Shown: positions 1 to 18,039 of the stretch, piece after piece | Layout: the number at the start of each line of letters is the position of its first letter | Position numbering within the stretch: the stretch's first letter is position 1 | DNA from: the human T2T-CHM13v2.0 reference genome, Homo sapiens | Length of the DNA: 64,000 bases | Assembly: GCF_009914755.1 (NCBI RefSeq) | Contig: NC_060927.1 | Strand: one strand, 5' to 3' | Translations under genes and position numbers: made by a program | Notes under the pieces: generated by a model | Told to the model about the DNA's origin: nothing | Seen by the model: the letters and a program-made list of their open reading frames with translations, nothing else | Database searches by the model: none

Positions 1-741
1 AACCCTGCAAACTATTATAATAAGCTAAGCCCCATGAAGAAGAGATTTTATTAATTACATGTTACCATGCCAGGATTTTCTATTTAACAGGGGATTTTGA
101 AGATGAGGTAAAGCCTTAATGCAAAGGCAGATGGAATAGATGGATAACTCCTACTTACTAAGTCATGGTTCCATTGATTCTCTAAGAAAGAATTTTATGC
201 TTCTCAGCAGGTAAAGAGGGCGGTTCTTCAATTCTCCCTTGAATCACCCCTTAGACAATGCTAATGGATGCAGGTACTGATGCACCCTGCTGATACCTCA
301 AGGAAAACATAAATCTAACTCCATACATCCCAGGTTGCAGAAGCCTGTCTACCAAAGTGCGTAAAAAGAATGGTCCAACCCTTTCAAGAAAATAACTAAC
401 CAAATGGTACTCTCAGTAGGAGCCTGCTGTAATTTACTGGAACTGTATTATATGCTTGAATGAGTCCTGGAACAATGCTATTCCACTTTATTCTGAGAGT
501 TACTCATGATCACACAGATAAGAACAAGTACTAGCAGTAGCCTCTGCTTAAAGTATCATTGCCCTATTAATATATCTGCTGAACATATGGAAGGCATGAG
601 TTTCAGCACAGAGGGTCTACTGGGGAGAGAGGTGAGCATGCTAAAAATGAAATTGGTATGCAGTCACAATCTGGCCAGACAAGGACTTGCGTTGCAGAGC
701 TCACATATTTGGCTGTCAGTGGAACATTCCCAGACTTTGGG

Positions 742-1030
742 TTTTTTGTTTTTTTTTTTATACTTTAAGTTCTAGGGTACATGTGCACAACATGCAGGTT
801 TGTTACATGTGTATACATGTGCCATGTTGGTGTGCTGCACCCACTAACTCGTCATTTACATTAGGTATATCTCCTAATGCTATCCCTTCCCCTTCCCCCC
901 CACCCCATGACAGGCCACGGTGTGTGATGTTCCCCTTCCTGTGTCCACGTGTTCTCATTCTTCAATTCCCACCTATGAGTGAGAACCTGCTGTATTTGGT
1001 TTTTTGTCGTTGTGATAGTTGGCTCAGAAT
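742..1030 (-). mobile_element. L1PA 3' end fragment (~290 bp, 5'-truncated)
   Basis: Poly-T followed by TATACTTTAAGTTCTAGGGTACATGTGCACAAC, the reverse complement of the L1PA 3' UTR end; no clear TSD. Confidence 0.95.
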
Positions 1031-1199
1031 TTGAATAGATGGAAGACACCCCCTTTTTACTTTACTTTCCTGTAATGCTCATACATCTTTGGACTTTCAG
1101 ATTGATTTCTAGAAATAGATCTTTTGCCTACTATAAAAGGGTTCCCCTGGGAAGATTTAGGGTGTAGGGATAGACACAAAGAATGCAAACTGTCTTGCT

Positions 1200-1585
1200 T
1201 CAGGTTTGAAGCTCTCCATGACATGATCCCAAGTCCCTTTCTCAGTCTTATTGCCACTACACATTTTCCTGGGTCTTATACATCAACTAAGCTGGCATCT
1301 TCTGAATCCCCCCAACTTAGGCTTTATTCATTCCCTTGCCTTCCCCCAGACCATCTTCACCATGCTTCTCCAGTTGATAAAATTCTGCATTTTTGAGGTC
1401 CAGCCTAAATGTTATCTCGTCATTGAAGTCTTAGATGGTCTCTTTAGGAAGGTCACGGGTCCAAATTGGTGATACTTTTACTTTGGCTATGGCTTACTTT
1501 CCTTGTTAATGCATGCATCTTTGTCAGGAGGGATTATGTTGTCTTTCTCTCTTTATTTCCCACACAATGCCTACCACAGTAGAGA
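1200..1585 (+). mobile_element. Decayed L2 fragment
   Basis: Loose similarity to L2 3' region, ending near CACAATGCCTACCACAGTAG. Confidence 0.45.
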
Positions 1586-2194
1586 GTCAGAAGTAGTGCT
1601 GTCCCAACAATTACAAGAAAAAAGTCAGACAAAATGCAAGTTCATAACTTTTATGGAAATTGTGATTGAGCTGAAATCTCAAAACAATCAACTAGAAGAA
1701 AATCTGAGGAGAGACAGATGCCTTGAGGGAAACAAATCTGTGATGGAAGCACTTACTTACCTGGGGCATGTGGTATATGCATTTTGCAGAGTTCATTACC
1801 TCTCCTACTTACAATCGTCAATTAGTGTTTCTAAAACTTCAAGGAAAATTTATTTTTTGAGATACTCATTGCAGGGTTATAGGGTTTGTAGTCTTGCTGA
1901 CTAAATTTTATTTTTTTAATTCATAGGTATGAAGGATACTTCCTTAAGTTCTATCACTGTTTTTCCCATAGCACATGATTCAGGAAGCATTAAATCTCAG
2001 AAAAAGTTACACCTGGGGCAGAAAAATGTTATCTGATCAAAGAAGTTAAGATGAAGGTGTCTTTTTGGTGTCCTCTCATCTTTTCTTTGGCACCCCTTAT
2101 ACATAATAACATTCCTCAACATATCAATTTTCTTTAAGATAAATTTAAAAATGTATGAATAAGCAACTGTTTTATGACCGAAAAGAAAAAATAT

Positions 2195-2345
2195 AGAGCA
2201 GCTGGGTTGATGAACACCAAACACATGGAGGTGCTAAGAGAGTGACATCCCAGAGAGGGAATGGAAGCTCTGTTTCACTTCCGCCACACCTTGCCCCATG
2301 CTTCTCTTCTATTTGACTGCTCCGGAGTTGTATCCTTTATAATGA
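2195..2345 (+). mobile_element. MER21-family LTR fragment
   Basis: GAGAGGGAATGGAAGCTC...TTGCCCCATGCTTCTCTTC...GAGTTGTATCCTTTATAAT matches the recalled MER21 core. Confidence 0.7.
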
Positions 2346-3759
2346 ATGATAATAGATATCTGAGATAAACTGTGATTTGGTGGTGCAGAAATGAAAATGA
2401 TTTTGTCTTGCCCTTGGTGCATTATGGCCACCGTGGACCTAAATACTGGAATTATTAAGCCATATAAAAGTAATTTGTTTGTAATTTGGGTGACTTTGGG
2501 TGCAAACCCTGGTAGGAGCCACTGGAAACCCTGAAGAGTTACTGCCTGTCTGATCCCTCTGAGAAGCAACTATATAAGTTGTCTGTATTTTCTGAAATCT
2601 ATTATTCAGTAGAAAAAATTAAAAGGTTGAGAGTTGGTGACCCAGTTTATTAGATGGTGCAATGATGGGTCCATAAGCGTGCTATGGTGGAGAGTTTCAG
2701 CATCCAGGCTGATCAGGATTTTAACAACAATAGCCAGAATACCTCAGCAAGTTTCTATTACCTAGCCTTTGGCCATCTTTACTATAAAACTGAATCTCTA
2801 TTTTTGACTTTTTGGAGTTATATATGCTCTGAGTTAATTCAATGAAAATATTAAAGGTGATTTGGGAATAAGAAAACACATTTTAATGAAGACTTTTTAA
2901 ATAAATAAAATTTTCTATAAAATTATTTTGAATGTTATTGTAGCTATTTCATTTCTCTAATCCCTGACATTAATGTTGATGAGTAAAGAAAGTTTGAAGA
3001 ATCACTTGAAAAGCTGCAGAAACATTTTAAATGCTTCCATTTTATTACCTCTCATTACATGTTTTAGGAAAAGTGGGAAACAACAAGGCACTGTTTCTGA
3101 TGTGCCTTTATGTACTAACACTCACTCATTCTGCCAGTTGGTCTTTACATGGCTATTGAGTCCTCTTGAATTTTCACTCTTGTGCTTTTTACTCTATCAT
3201 TATGAAATCAGAGTTGTATTAGAGTACTGAAATTACTTTATAGACCTTGTTTTTATATTCAATTATGCCTCTGTTAAGCCATAGAAAAGTAATTTGTTTG
3301 TGAGTAACAGCAGATATACCACCTGGAACTCCAAATACAATAAAGAAGAAAATGGAATTTAAAAGACAATGGAATTTTGAGGGTAGGAGTAGAAGGAATG
3401 ATGCATGAACATATTTTAGCTACAAACAAATAATTTTTTGTAACAAAGAGAAATGAACTATTTGGTGTGACTGTGCAGTAATACTCACTGAAATAATATG
3501 TGAGTGAACTAACCTACTTCTGAATTTGTGTTTTTTATTATTAATAAAGGTGAATTTCAATTCTAAGGGAAAAAAAGTATGCCTAAAGGAAAGAAATGGC
3601 TACTGATCTTCAGTCCAGGTGGGAAGCGGACAGTGCAGTTTTTTGGAATTCCAGTCTCAACTCCCGCATTCAGTCACTTCTGAGCACCACTATATCCCCA
3701 CTTTCTCGTCGACGCTGAGTGAAGTAAAAATAGTTGATGAATCGGTGGGTCTTGAGTGA

Positions 3760-8255
<4,496 letters not shown>

Positions 8256-8396
8256 CGAAACAAAACAGAGAGCACTAATATGCAAATTATACTGGCGAGG
8301 TTATTGTTTTACGCAGACATTAGAAGTAAGCTTATGCCTGTTTTTACATTGTAAAGATGTCACCCTACCAGGGACACTTTTCCTTCAGACATTTGA

Positions 8397-8713
<317 letters not shown>

Positions 8714-8983
8714 TGGATGGTTCTTTTTATTATCCAGAGCTCATCTCAAATATTAGGTTCTTAGAGAAGTTGGCTCTAACCACTCTATGTAAAACAACTA
8801 CACATTGTATATTTTAACACATATTTAATCATGAAAATATTATTTGATCATCTCCTAAAAGATTAAAAAATGATAAACATTAAGGATTTTTTGAAAGAGG
8901 CAGTTTTGCTTTTATAGGTTTTCTTTATTGCTTTTCTATTTTTAATTTTTTAATTTTAACTTCTTTTTTTTTTTTTTTTAGAG

Positions 8984-9264
8984 CAACACTCATTAGAACG
9001 GCCAATATCCAAAACACTGGCAACACCAAATGTGGCAAGGATGCGAAATAGCAGTAGCTCTCATTCATTGCTGGTGGAAATGCAAAATGATACAGACCCT
9101 TTGCAAAACGGTTCAGCAACTTCATAGGAAAAGAGTATGCTGAGTGTTGTTCTATCTCATTGTTGCTTTAATTTGCAGTACTCTAAATATACATAATGTT
9201 GAACATCTTTTCATGTGCTTAATTGCCATCTGTGTATCTTCTTCTGTCAGATGTCTGTCCAGAT
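8984..9264. mobile_element. L1MC ORF2 3' pieces in opposite orientations
   Basis: 8984-9123 reads as L1 on + (CTCTCATTCATTGCTGGTGGAAATGCAAAATG); 9124-9264 reads as L1 on - (ATCTCATTGTTGCTTTAATTTGCA). Confidence 0.8.
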
Positions 9265-10446
9265 GATTGGATTTTTAATATAATAATTATGTATCTTTAA
9301 TATAGATTATGTTTACATTGTTTAAAGTAAGTGAAATATATTTAAAAAAATGCAGATCCAAAAGTTTTGGAACCTATAAAAAAATCCACAGAAATCCATA
9401 GAAAGAGTTTTAAAAACACAGAGCTAGAAAACCTCTGTTATTTCCAATTTTCATCTTCTAGGATTCAAAGACATTGGATAGATAGAGGGAAGCAGGTTTT
9501 CTTGACATGTTTGTATTATGGCCAAGTTTGATAAAAATAAATCCATTCCAAAAAGCAAAAGGAATGCAAAGCAATCTAGTTGCAAGGTATACAGTTAGTC
9601 CTCCGAATATTCTGACTTTGAATTTGGTAAGAATTTCTTCTTATTAGTAAGAAAAGTATTCATAGCTGTATTCTCAATCAGCCTTTGCTGCAGTCACTCT
9701 TCAGAGTTTTTATTCTTGTCTTTGTCTGTGGAGCCTGAAAGAATTACGCCTATAAATAAGGTAGAAAGTTCTACTGGTTAGAAGTAGATAAACAGATTAC
9801 ATGCTTATCTCTGTGGTATGTCAGCACCCTACAAATTGGGGAATTGAATAGATCCATGTTCAAACAAGAAGTTTGCTCTACATTTCTACTCTATTCTGTT
9901 CTCAGAAATTAAATTGTAATAGACATTTAAAAAGTAGTGGTTGTACAGATCAGTATTTTACTGATTCTTAGAGAGTAGATTTTAATCAAATATGCCTTTC
10001 TTTGATTTTAAAAAGGAGAGAGCAAAAGCCCATTGAAAAGAAAAAAAATTCCATCTTCTACTATTACTATAGTTATAAAGTTGGATAATAATTAATAAAC
10101 AGCCCTTGGGGAAGTTTTATGCATTGCATTAATATAATTTTTCTCAAACTATGCATGCAGTGATTCACAATGAGAGTGACGTGCCTCTGGTGAATTTTGA
10201 AACTTCAAACATGCTGATTGGGGAAAACTTCCCTAGTGATTCCAGCATATATTTAATTGCATATGTCTATGGTCTTTTTTAAAAAAATGTTGTCTTTTGG
10301 AATCCCATGATAGCTTTTCAGCAAAAAATCCTCCTGATTACTTGACCATCTAGTTTTTCCTATTTGTATTAGAAGTACAAACAGTAGGGATTATATAACT
10401 GTGCTTTGGGATAAGACTTCAGCAAGGACATTGCACCTGATCTTTT

Positions 10447-10907
10447 CAAGGTTATTTCTGGCTGCATAACAAATTGCTTCAAAACTTAATGGATTAAAAT
10501 AACTATTCTATTTCTCTCATACTTTGAGGGCTCAGGAAGTCTCCAGATTGCTGAGCCTATCATCATCAACTGAAGATTTGCCTGGGCTGCAACATTCAAG
10601 CTCTCTCACTCTCACAGCTGGTAACAAATTGCTGGCTGTTCTGGGGCACCTTCGTGTGGCCTCTCCATGGGTAATGGGAGTCTCACAGCATGACAACTTT
10701 GTTCCAAGACAGGTGTCCCAAGAGGGAGCAGCTAAAAGGCAAATATTCAAGGAAATCAAAGAAAAAGCTGCCAGGTGTCTTCTAACTTCATCTCAGATAT
10801 CTCACTGTATGGTTATAAGTGAGTCACATTCAAAAGAAGAAGAAATTGTCCCCCTCTACCAACGGGAAAAATGCCAAAGAGTTTAAAGTCATCTTTATTG
10901 CATCACA
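10447..10907 (-). mobile_element. MLT1-family (MaLR) solo LTR
   Basis: GCTGCATAACAAATTGCTTCAAAACTTAATGG and GTGGCCTCTCCATG...CTCACAGCATG are typical MLT1 antisense motifs. Confidence 0.75.
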
Positions 10908-11328
10908 TACAGTGTTTCTTAAATGGCAACTTGGTCATTCAGTATTGGCCAATTTCGCTGGGGAATTATCAATGTTCCATCCACATCTTGTTATAGCAGT
11001 GTCAAAAATATTTCCTATGTCAACCTCCCCTCTAGTTTCCCAGCTCACTTTATATACCTTAAAATATCTAAAAATGTAACCAACAAAGCTTATTGTAGAA
11101 AGTCTGAACACAGAAAAACAGATTAAAAATATACCTTGCTTCTAATCTCATTATTTAGTGATATCCATATTTTGCCATTTTAGCATAAACATTCAAGTTT
11201 ATATAATTTTGTTAAATTGCTTTTTCATTTAAGAGTTAAACAGTGTTCCATGTCATTAAATTTTTTATATTATTTACATCTTTTAAATACTTTCATTATT
11301 TTAGAAAAATCTTATATTGTCTTACTAA

Positions 11329-11592
<264 letters not shown>

Positions 11593-11967
11593 AATTTCTT
11601 AAGGAGTATACAAAATAAAATTTATTTTCACTTTCCTTTCAGTTCATATCCATTATTGATATGGTAGTGATATTGGTGTGGTAGAGATTCACAAGAAGAT
11701 GGTCGAAAACATATAATTGAATGAATCATATCATGTCACGAAAATGATACCATGGCTTAAGTTCAGATTCAATATCCTTTATCTATAATTATAGAATTGA
11801 AAAAGAATCTGAAAAACAATTTTTGGTTTTGTTTTTATAACTTATCTGGCAATAAGAACTGATCTCATCTAATGAGAGACTATGATACTTATTTTAAACA
11901 ATATTTTGTATATTCATAACTTTGGCTGCAGAAATATTAATATTCAACTATGGATTGCTGCCTGAGA

Positions 11968-11980
11968 CCCCCCCCCCCCC
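11968..11980. repeat. C13 homopolymer
   Basis: Directly visible. Confidence 0.95.
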
Positions 11981-12079
11981 GGTGGTATATGTACTATATT
12001 AATTTTCTAAACTAGAAAATCTAAATTCTGAATGAATGAGGTCACAATGTTTTCTCAAAAAATTAATAATAGGATCTAA

Positions 12080-12258
12080 CATCTATTGAGCTAGTGTTAG
12101 ACACTGTTCTACGTTAATATGCATATTTGTTCATTTTATCCTCTAAACCAACAAATATGAATGATTATCCATTTCTCACTAGAACACGGACTCTCAAAGA
12201 GAGTGAAAAATAACTAGCAAGTGGAAGATGTATAATTCAATTTGACCCCCAAGCCTGT
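12080..12258 (-). mobile_element. MIR fragment
   Basis: TATTGAGC...GACACTGTTCTA...ATTATCCATTT core similarity. Confidence 0.55.
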
Positions 12259-14141
12259 TTATTTTTTTACATTATTTTGCTTGACTTATTCATTGGCAGA
12301 TAATTTTCTAAATACACTGAACTGTCTTCAGTAGGGCAAAATTAAGGTTTTAGTGTTTTCCTCTTTTTCTCCCACTCTATTTTCTAAATTCCTATAAATT
12401 CAAAGAATTGTATGATTGTTTACGGGGCTACCTGCTCTGTCCTCCTAAGACGGTGAAATCTCATTTTCTTCGCATTTTTTTTCGTTTCCTCTGTTGTCAA
12501 TTTGTTAACTTCTAACCTCCCCTACTTTTATTCTCTGCCATGGGCATTGCCTACTTCTATCTTCTTCACTGTGTTTTTCAGTTTGATGTAAATATGACAA
12601 GCCACCTTAAGGTAAAATGTTGCATTGGAAAATAAATTCAAATGGTAATTTACGAGGCCTTGATAAGTAACGTGAATCTGTACAAAAGAATTCTGCAAGA
12701 GGTAACAGTTGAGAAATTGCATCATGCAATACACAGAAAATCTTCCTAAAAATACTCTTCTGTAATTGCGTTTCTCATAGTAATTGTTATCTTCTTTTGT
12801 TTACATCTCTTTGTTTATAGTCATCTACCTCCATCTTTTTGATAGCTTCCTAAATCCCTTTATACTTTATTCTCTATTTTTCTAGACCTATCGTTTTCTT
12901 CTCCAGGAGTTTCTTGTTATTTTTTATGTAAAGCCACTCACCCCTTCTTTCAAACAAAAATGTTCTTAGAAGACTGGAGTTGGTGTTAGGGCCACTTTGC
13001 CTACCTGTTTTTGTTTCAGGCACGCATGCTTCTCCTGTGATATTGTCTATGCATTTTTGTATGAAACAGCCAGAATTAATCCACATTAGTAGGCAATTGA
13101 AGCATTCAAGCTCCAGTCTAACTCCTGCTGGTTTACTTTTTCTCCGAAATATGCTATCTTTGTATTTGATTAGAGCTCTACTGTGCAGCAAAAATATTTT
13201 TGCTTGTTTTAGATATAATTATTCTAGTTCTACTTTGATTAGAATCTCATTGAAGATAAAGTGGAGAAATAAGTTAACAACTGGGATACAAATAAAGCTG
13301 ACTTATATAGAGAGATGTGATCATTCCCAAATCTTTCCTGACCCATTGAGCTACCGTCATCATTCTTGGAATTTCCATCGTACATTTTCCAGAGCAGATG
13401 CTCAGCAAATATTTGAATGAATATCATAGAACATTAGTTCGCTAATAAAAGGACATGGGCCCATGAGGTTTGCTTGCTACTCAGCTTCTAATCCTTTCGT
13501 ATTGTTCATTCACAATTTTACTACTGCTCCTTAAAAAAAAAAAAAAAAAAATTTAAGCTTAGAAAGCAAGCTCTGGTGCAGGGCCTATCATGGGCATATC
13601 CAAAACTACGGTTTATATGGGACAACGATTGGCATATGCTTGTTTCTGAATATGATATTTATATCTATGGAAATCTGCCAAAATCTACATTCCCAACCAT
13701 CTGACGTAATGTCGATCACAAGTTAATCTACCAAGATGATCCACTCCACCTTTCCTGGGACATTTTGTTTCCTGACAAAGGGAAGAGACAACAAAACGTT
13801 TATCAGGAGTTGAGTTTGGCCATCATTTAAAACTTTTAAGTCATCCCCCTAAAAATAAACAAACCAATACAGCATTGTTCTTGACCTTGATTAAATAATA
13901 TTCAAAGCTAGTTTTAGTTAGTGACATATAGAGATCTTAGAATAAGATGAGGACAGAATAAGGCCAATTTATGTACTGTGCAGAACACAGTTTTGAAGGA
14001 GGAGTGAGATTATATAAATTCCTTTTTTTTCCTAAATCATCTACTTTATAGTTAATATATTCCTCTTGGATCCACAAAACACTTACAACTCTTTCTAGGA
14101 ATAGTATTTTGTTCTAATAGCTAAAACGATTCCCATTCATT

Positions 14142-15108
14142 CAGGACCATGTGGGTAGTGTATCATTTCCTGTGCAAAATGAAAGTTCAGATCCTCACCT
14201 TAAAAAACAAACAAAAACCAGGTAAAAATGCCATTAAAGCTACTAAATCTACAGCTTTTTTTTAGTTTGCAGACTATTACTCTCATTTGTCATGATTATT
14301 CATTAGTTAAAGCCTTAAGTAAAAAATTTAAATTTTAACATTATTAGCATGGCTTTTGTCATTCATCTTTATATTGTACAATGCCAATTTTAAATGCAAA
14401 TGTAGAAGCAATTAACTTATAGATGGAATAATGAAAATTACACAAGTACTATTTTCCAGCTTATATGCATATGTATTTCATTCTTAGCTGAAGAATCGAA
14501 TAGAGACTATTCATAAACTAATTCACCTGTTCTTATTTAATTTGATACGCACACCTTCTATCAATGCTATCTTTGGCTTAGAAATGAGGAAGGAGGAACT
14601 GAAAAAAAAGGAAACTATGTGTTGCCCTTTATTTCCCTTTTCTTATGTGTCAGCAGTTTTCCATAAGTGGCTATTAATAAAGTCATATAAAGTAAGGAAA
14701 TACATGACAGATTTCTTAGCCACTCATGTCTCTTAGAATGCTGTTGCCTTCTTTCTGTCTTCAAAGCAAGTTCTAGTTTGAACAGAAGGTGTGGTTTCTC
14801 AGAAATGAGAACACCCCACTCACTCAATCATAAAATATGCTTACCTTGCATTTACTTTTAGTCCTGTTGCACTCTCACATGTTGTAGGTCCATTGGAATT
14901 CTGTGCTTATGGGCCATTAATGACACTGTATGCAAATAGGGTGGCATGGAACAGTGGCAGAGGTGCATATTGCATGTATATCCTTTGCTCATGCACCTGC
15001 TTTCTTGCCTCATCAGACTTCACATGCAAAGCACAAGTTTAAAGATAAAATGAATAACAATTTTAATAGGGCAATTTTCCAGCTTATACACCTATGAAGT
15101 TGTGCCTG
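14142..15108 (-). mobile_element. MER45B-like hAT-Tip100 DNA transposon relic
   Basis: Left end CAGGACC...GTGCAAAATGAAA and right end CACCTATGAAGTTGTGCCTG match recalled MER45 termini; ~1 kb. Confidence 0.65.
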
Positions 15109-16597
15109 CCTACGTTTCACTCTTGTTTTCTTGAAAAATTGTAACCCAAGAGTGAACAGTAGGAGAAAGAAAGGGAACAACCCAACCACAGGCTTGAGTC
15201 TCATGTCAGGATTGTTTAATAATCTGGACACACGAATCCACTATTGGAGACAATTTCATATTTAACCAAACCCTATTTTAGTGAAAATCTGTCTTATTCT
15301 GGAACAGATTAGATGAATAGAAAAAGGTACTTGGAAAACATGTGGTATGTAAACAGACGTTGCCCAAGTGGGAGGCTTAAAGAAATTACAGAAGAACATG
15401 CAGCTGTTTCTAAGTTGTAAACTCAAATTCAGATGATATTTAAGTAGTTTTATTTTCTCTCTGCATATTAGATTTCTAGTTTCTAAAAAATTACAATCAG
15501 GCACCATATATCCTAAATCACAAAGCCCCTCCTACTCCTAGATGTGAAATATGTTTTCTTTAAACGGGTTTACCCACTGAAAAAGAAAAGATGGCAGGGA
15601 AGATGTTAGAGCCATGTGTGTCTCGCCAGATTGTGCCTTCTCATTTTGGGTGTCTCTGAGCCATCATTCTGAAGACAGATAGTAATCTAGAAATGGATTT
15701 GTACCTTTTACACATCATTAGCTTACATTTTCCCTGCCTGTCAAGCAGGCCAAAGATTAATGATTCAGAATTCTCTGCCTCACTGATTCTTTTTCCTATC
15801 TGAGGATTATATATTTATTTTCACCTTCCACATTTGACCATTGAATAGGACTCAGGAAAGTATGTATGGCAATGTGTCTCAATACTACACTTGTGTAACA
15901 TTCTGTCTATGTATGATCCTTAAGAAAGCAAGGTGGCAATACTGAAATCAAATGGCATATGACACAACCAGTCCAATAAATTTGAGAAGATTTTGTTCTT
16001 TGGAGATATATGAATGTGTTTTGGAGAATTTATCTTGCCTATGAAATCAAAGATAGTGAAATGCAGGGGCCTACATGGTATGGTCTTAAATTTCAAACAT
16101 TCAGGCAAATTTTGCATATTTCATTTCAGGAAAAGCCAGTTTTCTTAGCTTACTGAACATGATAATCTATTCTGAATAACTTTACTTCTTCAATTTTTAA
16201 GTAAAACTTGAGGCAGGGGAATTTCTACCAAACTTATGATGTTATGAACTTATTAAATGCAGTAAAACTCCTTTTTTGGGGCACTAGTAGAACAGTAAAA
16301 AAGCCTTGACCCTGTTTATTTAGCTATTATGTAATTGCGTGGGAACAGAGTGTGAAGTGAAGAGATAGAGTTTCAGACCCAGAAAGCCATTAATACTACT
16401 CCAGCCTTTCAAAGCCACAATGACTTTATCTGTAAAAGTTCTATAATTCTTCAGACCTTGCCTGTTGACATTGAAGAAAGGTTGTTGGATGTTGAACATT
16501 GAAAGAGATAATCTGAGGCTCTGACACATACCAGGTGTGCCGAGGTGTGGATAGAGGTCACGTACAAGGGGTAGTTGTTGTGGAATGTGAGTGTAGA

Positions 16598-16955
16598 TGA
16601 ATCAATAGGTGTTTATTAAGTACCTACTAACTGTGAGCACTTTGAATGTGTGCGAGATGTAAAGAATACATCTCTGCTCTCAAGGGATAAAGACAAAACA
16701 ATAGTAAGCAAGAGGACATCGCCACATTTCATGTGCCCAGCACTCAGTTGTCCTCATACTGAGTGTGGTCCGTGTACGAACACATTTGGCACTCACAACC
16801 ATCCTATGACTTAGGTTCAGTGTATATCACCTCTGCTTTAAAAGGAGATAAATCACCAGGAAGTTTAGTAACTTTCTCAAGCTCATACAAACAGGAAATG
16901 GTGAGACTGGGTCTGAAAAGCAGAATGTTTGAATCCACAGTCTGCAATCAACCTT
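16598..16955 (-). mobile_element. L2 3' end followed by MIR
   Basis: TTTATTAAGTACCTACT; CTCACAACCATCCTATGA...AGTAACTTTCTCAAGCTCATAC. Confidence 0.6.
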
Positions 16956-17721
16956 TCTTTATTATAAAAAATTAAATCCTAAATTTTGTCTTTAAATCTT
17001 CAGCAGTAATTTTGTGCTCATTTTAGGGAAAGAGCAATTCTGTGTTTTGTGTGCATTTGCTAGCTATTTCCCTTAATGAAGCATTACATAAAGTAATTTA
17101 TTTGTTGAAAAAACACAGGTAGGAGATCAGAAAAATGCAAGAAATTCGGATTTCAAATATAACAGCATATTAATTACAAATAAATATCTGGTTATTATCT
17201 GTGCACACTTAATGATTCAGTATAATTTTAAGAATACAATTTGTATTTGTTCAAATATATGGTGACATTTTACATCGGCTCTCTCACTTAGTAAAGACAG
17301 CCCTGAAAATAGCCAAATACAATATTTCAAATTAAGTTTCTGAAACTTAAGCCACTTATTTACATAGGTAAAAATTCCTCTGAAGACTATGAAAATAAGT
17401 TGTGGCTATTTTTTAAGAGCTGGAGTTAAACGGTTAGAAAAAACTCATTTAATGGAAATGCATTTTAAATTTCCAAAAACTGGGGTAATATGTCACTTAA
17501 ACTAATGTCAAATATAATGATACGAGATATGATTTGCCTAACTAAAATAAAAAAAATCTCCAGGGGAATTTCTGAGAAGTATTTTCATGAAAGTAAAAGT
17601 GTTAACTCATGTTTTGGCATATTTATTCTAGTAGAGAAGTATACCAGGGTATAATATAGACTTTAAAAACAGAAGGGTCACTTGATTTCTCCTGCTTTTC
17701 TCTACCATTGTGAATTAAAGA

Positions 17722-17830
17722 TCATTCATTTAGCAAGTTGATAAGTATTTATTGAGCCAAGGATGTGCCAGACACTACACTAGACAGTGGACAAATAAAA
17801 ATAAACCAAGCAGATATGGTGTCAGTCAGT
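17722..17830 (-). mobile_element. L2 3' end
   Basis: CATTCATTTAGCAA...TATTTATTGAGCCAAGGATGTGCCAGACACT. Confidence 0.65.
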
Positions 17831-18039
17831 GATGTTCTAAAACAGAGGATGTGGTGGGCAGTGGAAACAGCTTGTCCTAAGTGCAAGCTACAAGCTGTTG
17901 CATTGTATATAGAGAATTTAAGAACAAGAATAAAAATGAGTAAAATCAGCCTGCTTTTTATCACTACGCTCTGTCAATTCTAAACAATGTTAGTGTTAAA
18001 ATAGCTCCTCTCCGTTGGAGAAGACTTTCCTATGCACGC

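Noticed and set aside
250-330. LMDAGTD peptide resembling a retroviral protease motif (LLDTGAD)
   Set aside because: Too short, followed by a stop, and no other pol motifs recognisable
1503-1904. 133-aa ORF
   Set aside because: Non-ATG start, partly within an L2 relic, no recognisable domain
12980-13420. 146-aa ORF in unique DNA
   Set aside because: No recognisable homology or coding-like composition; chance ORF
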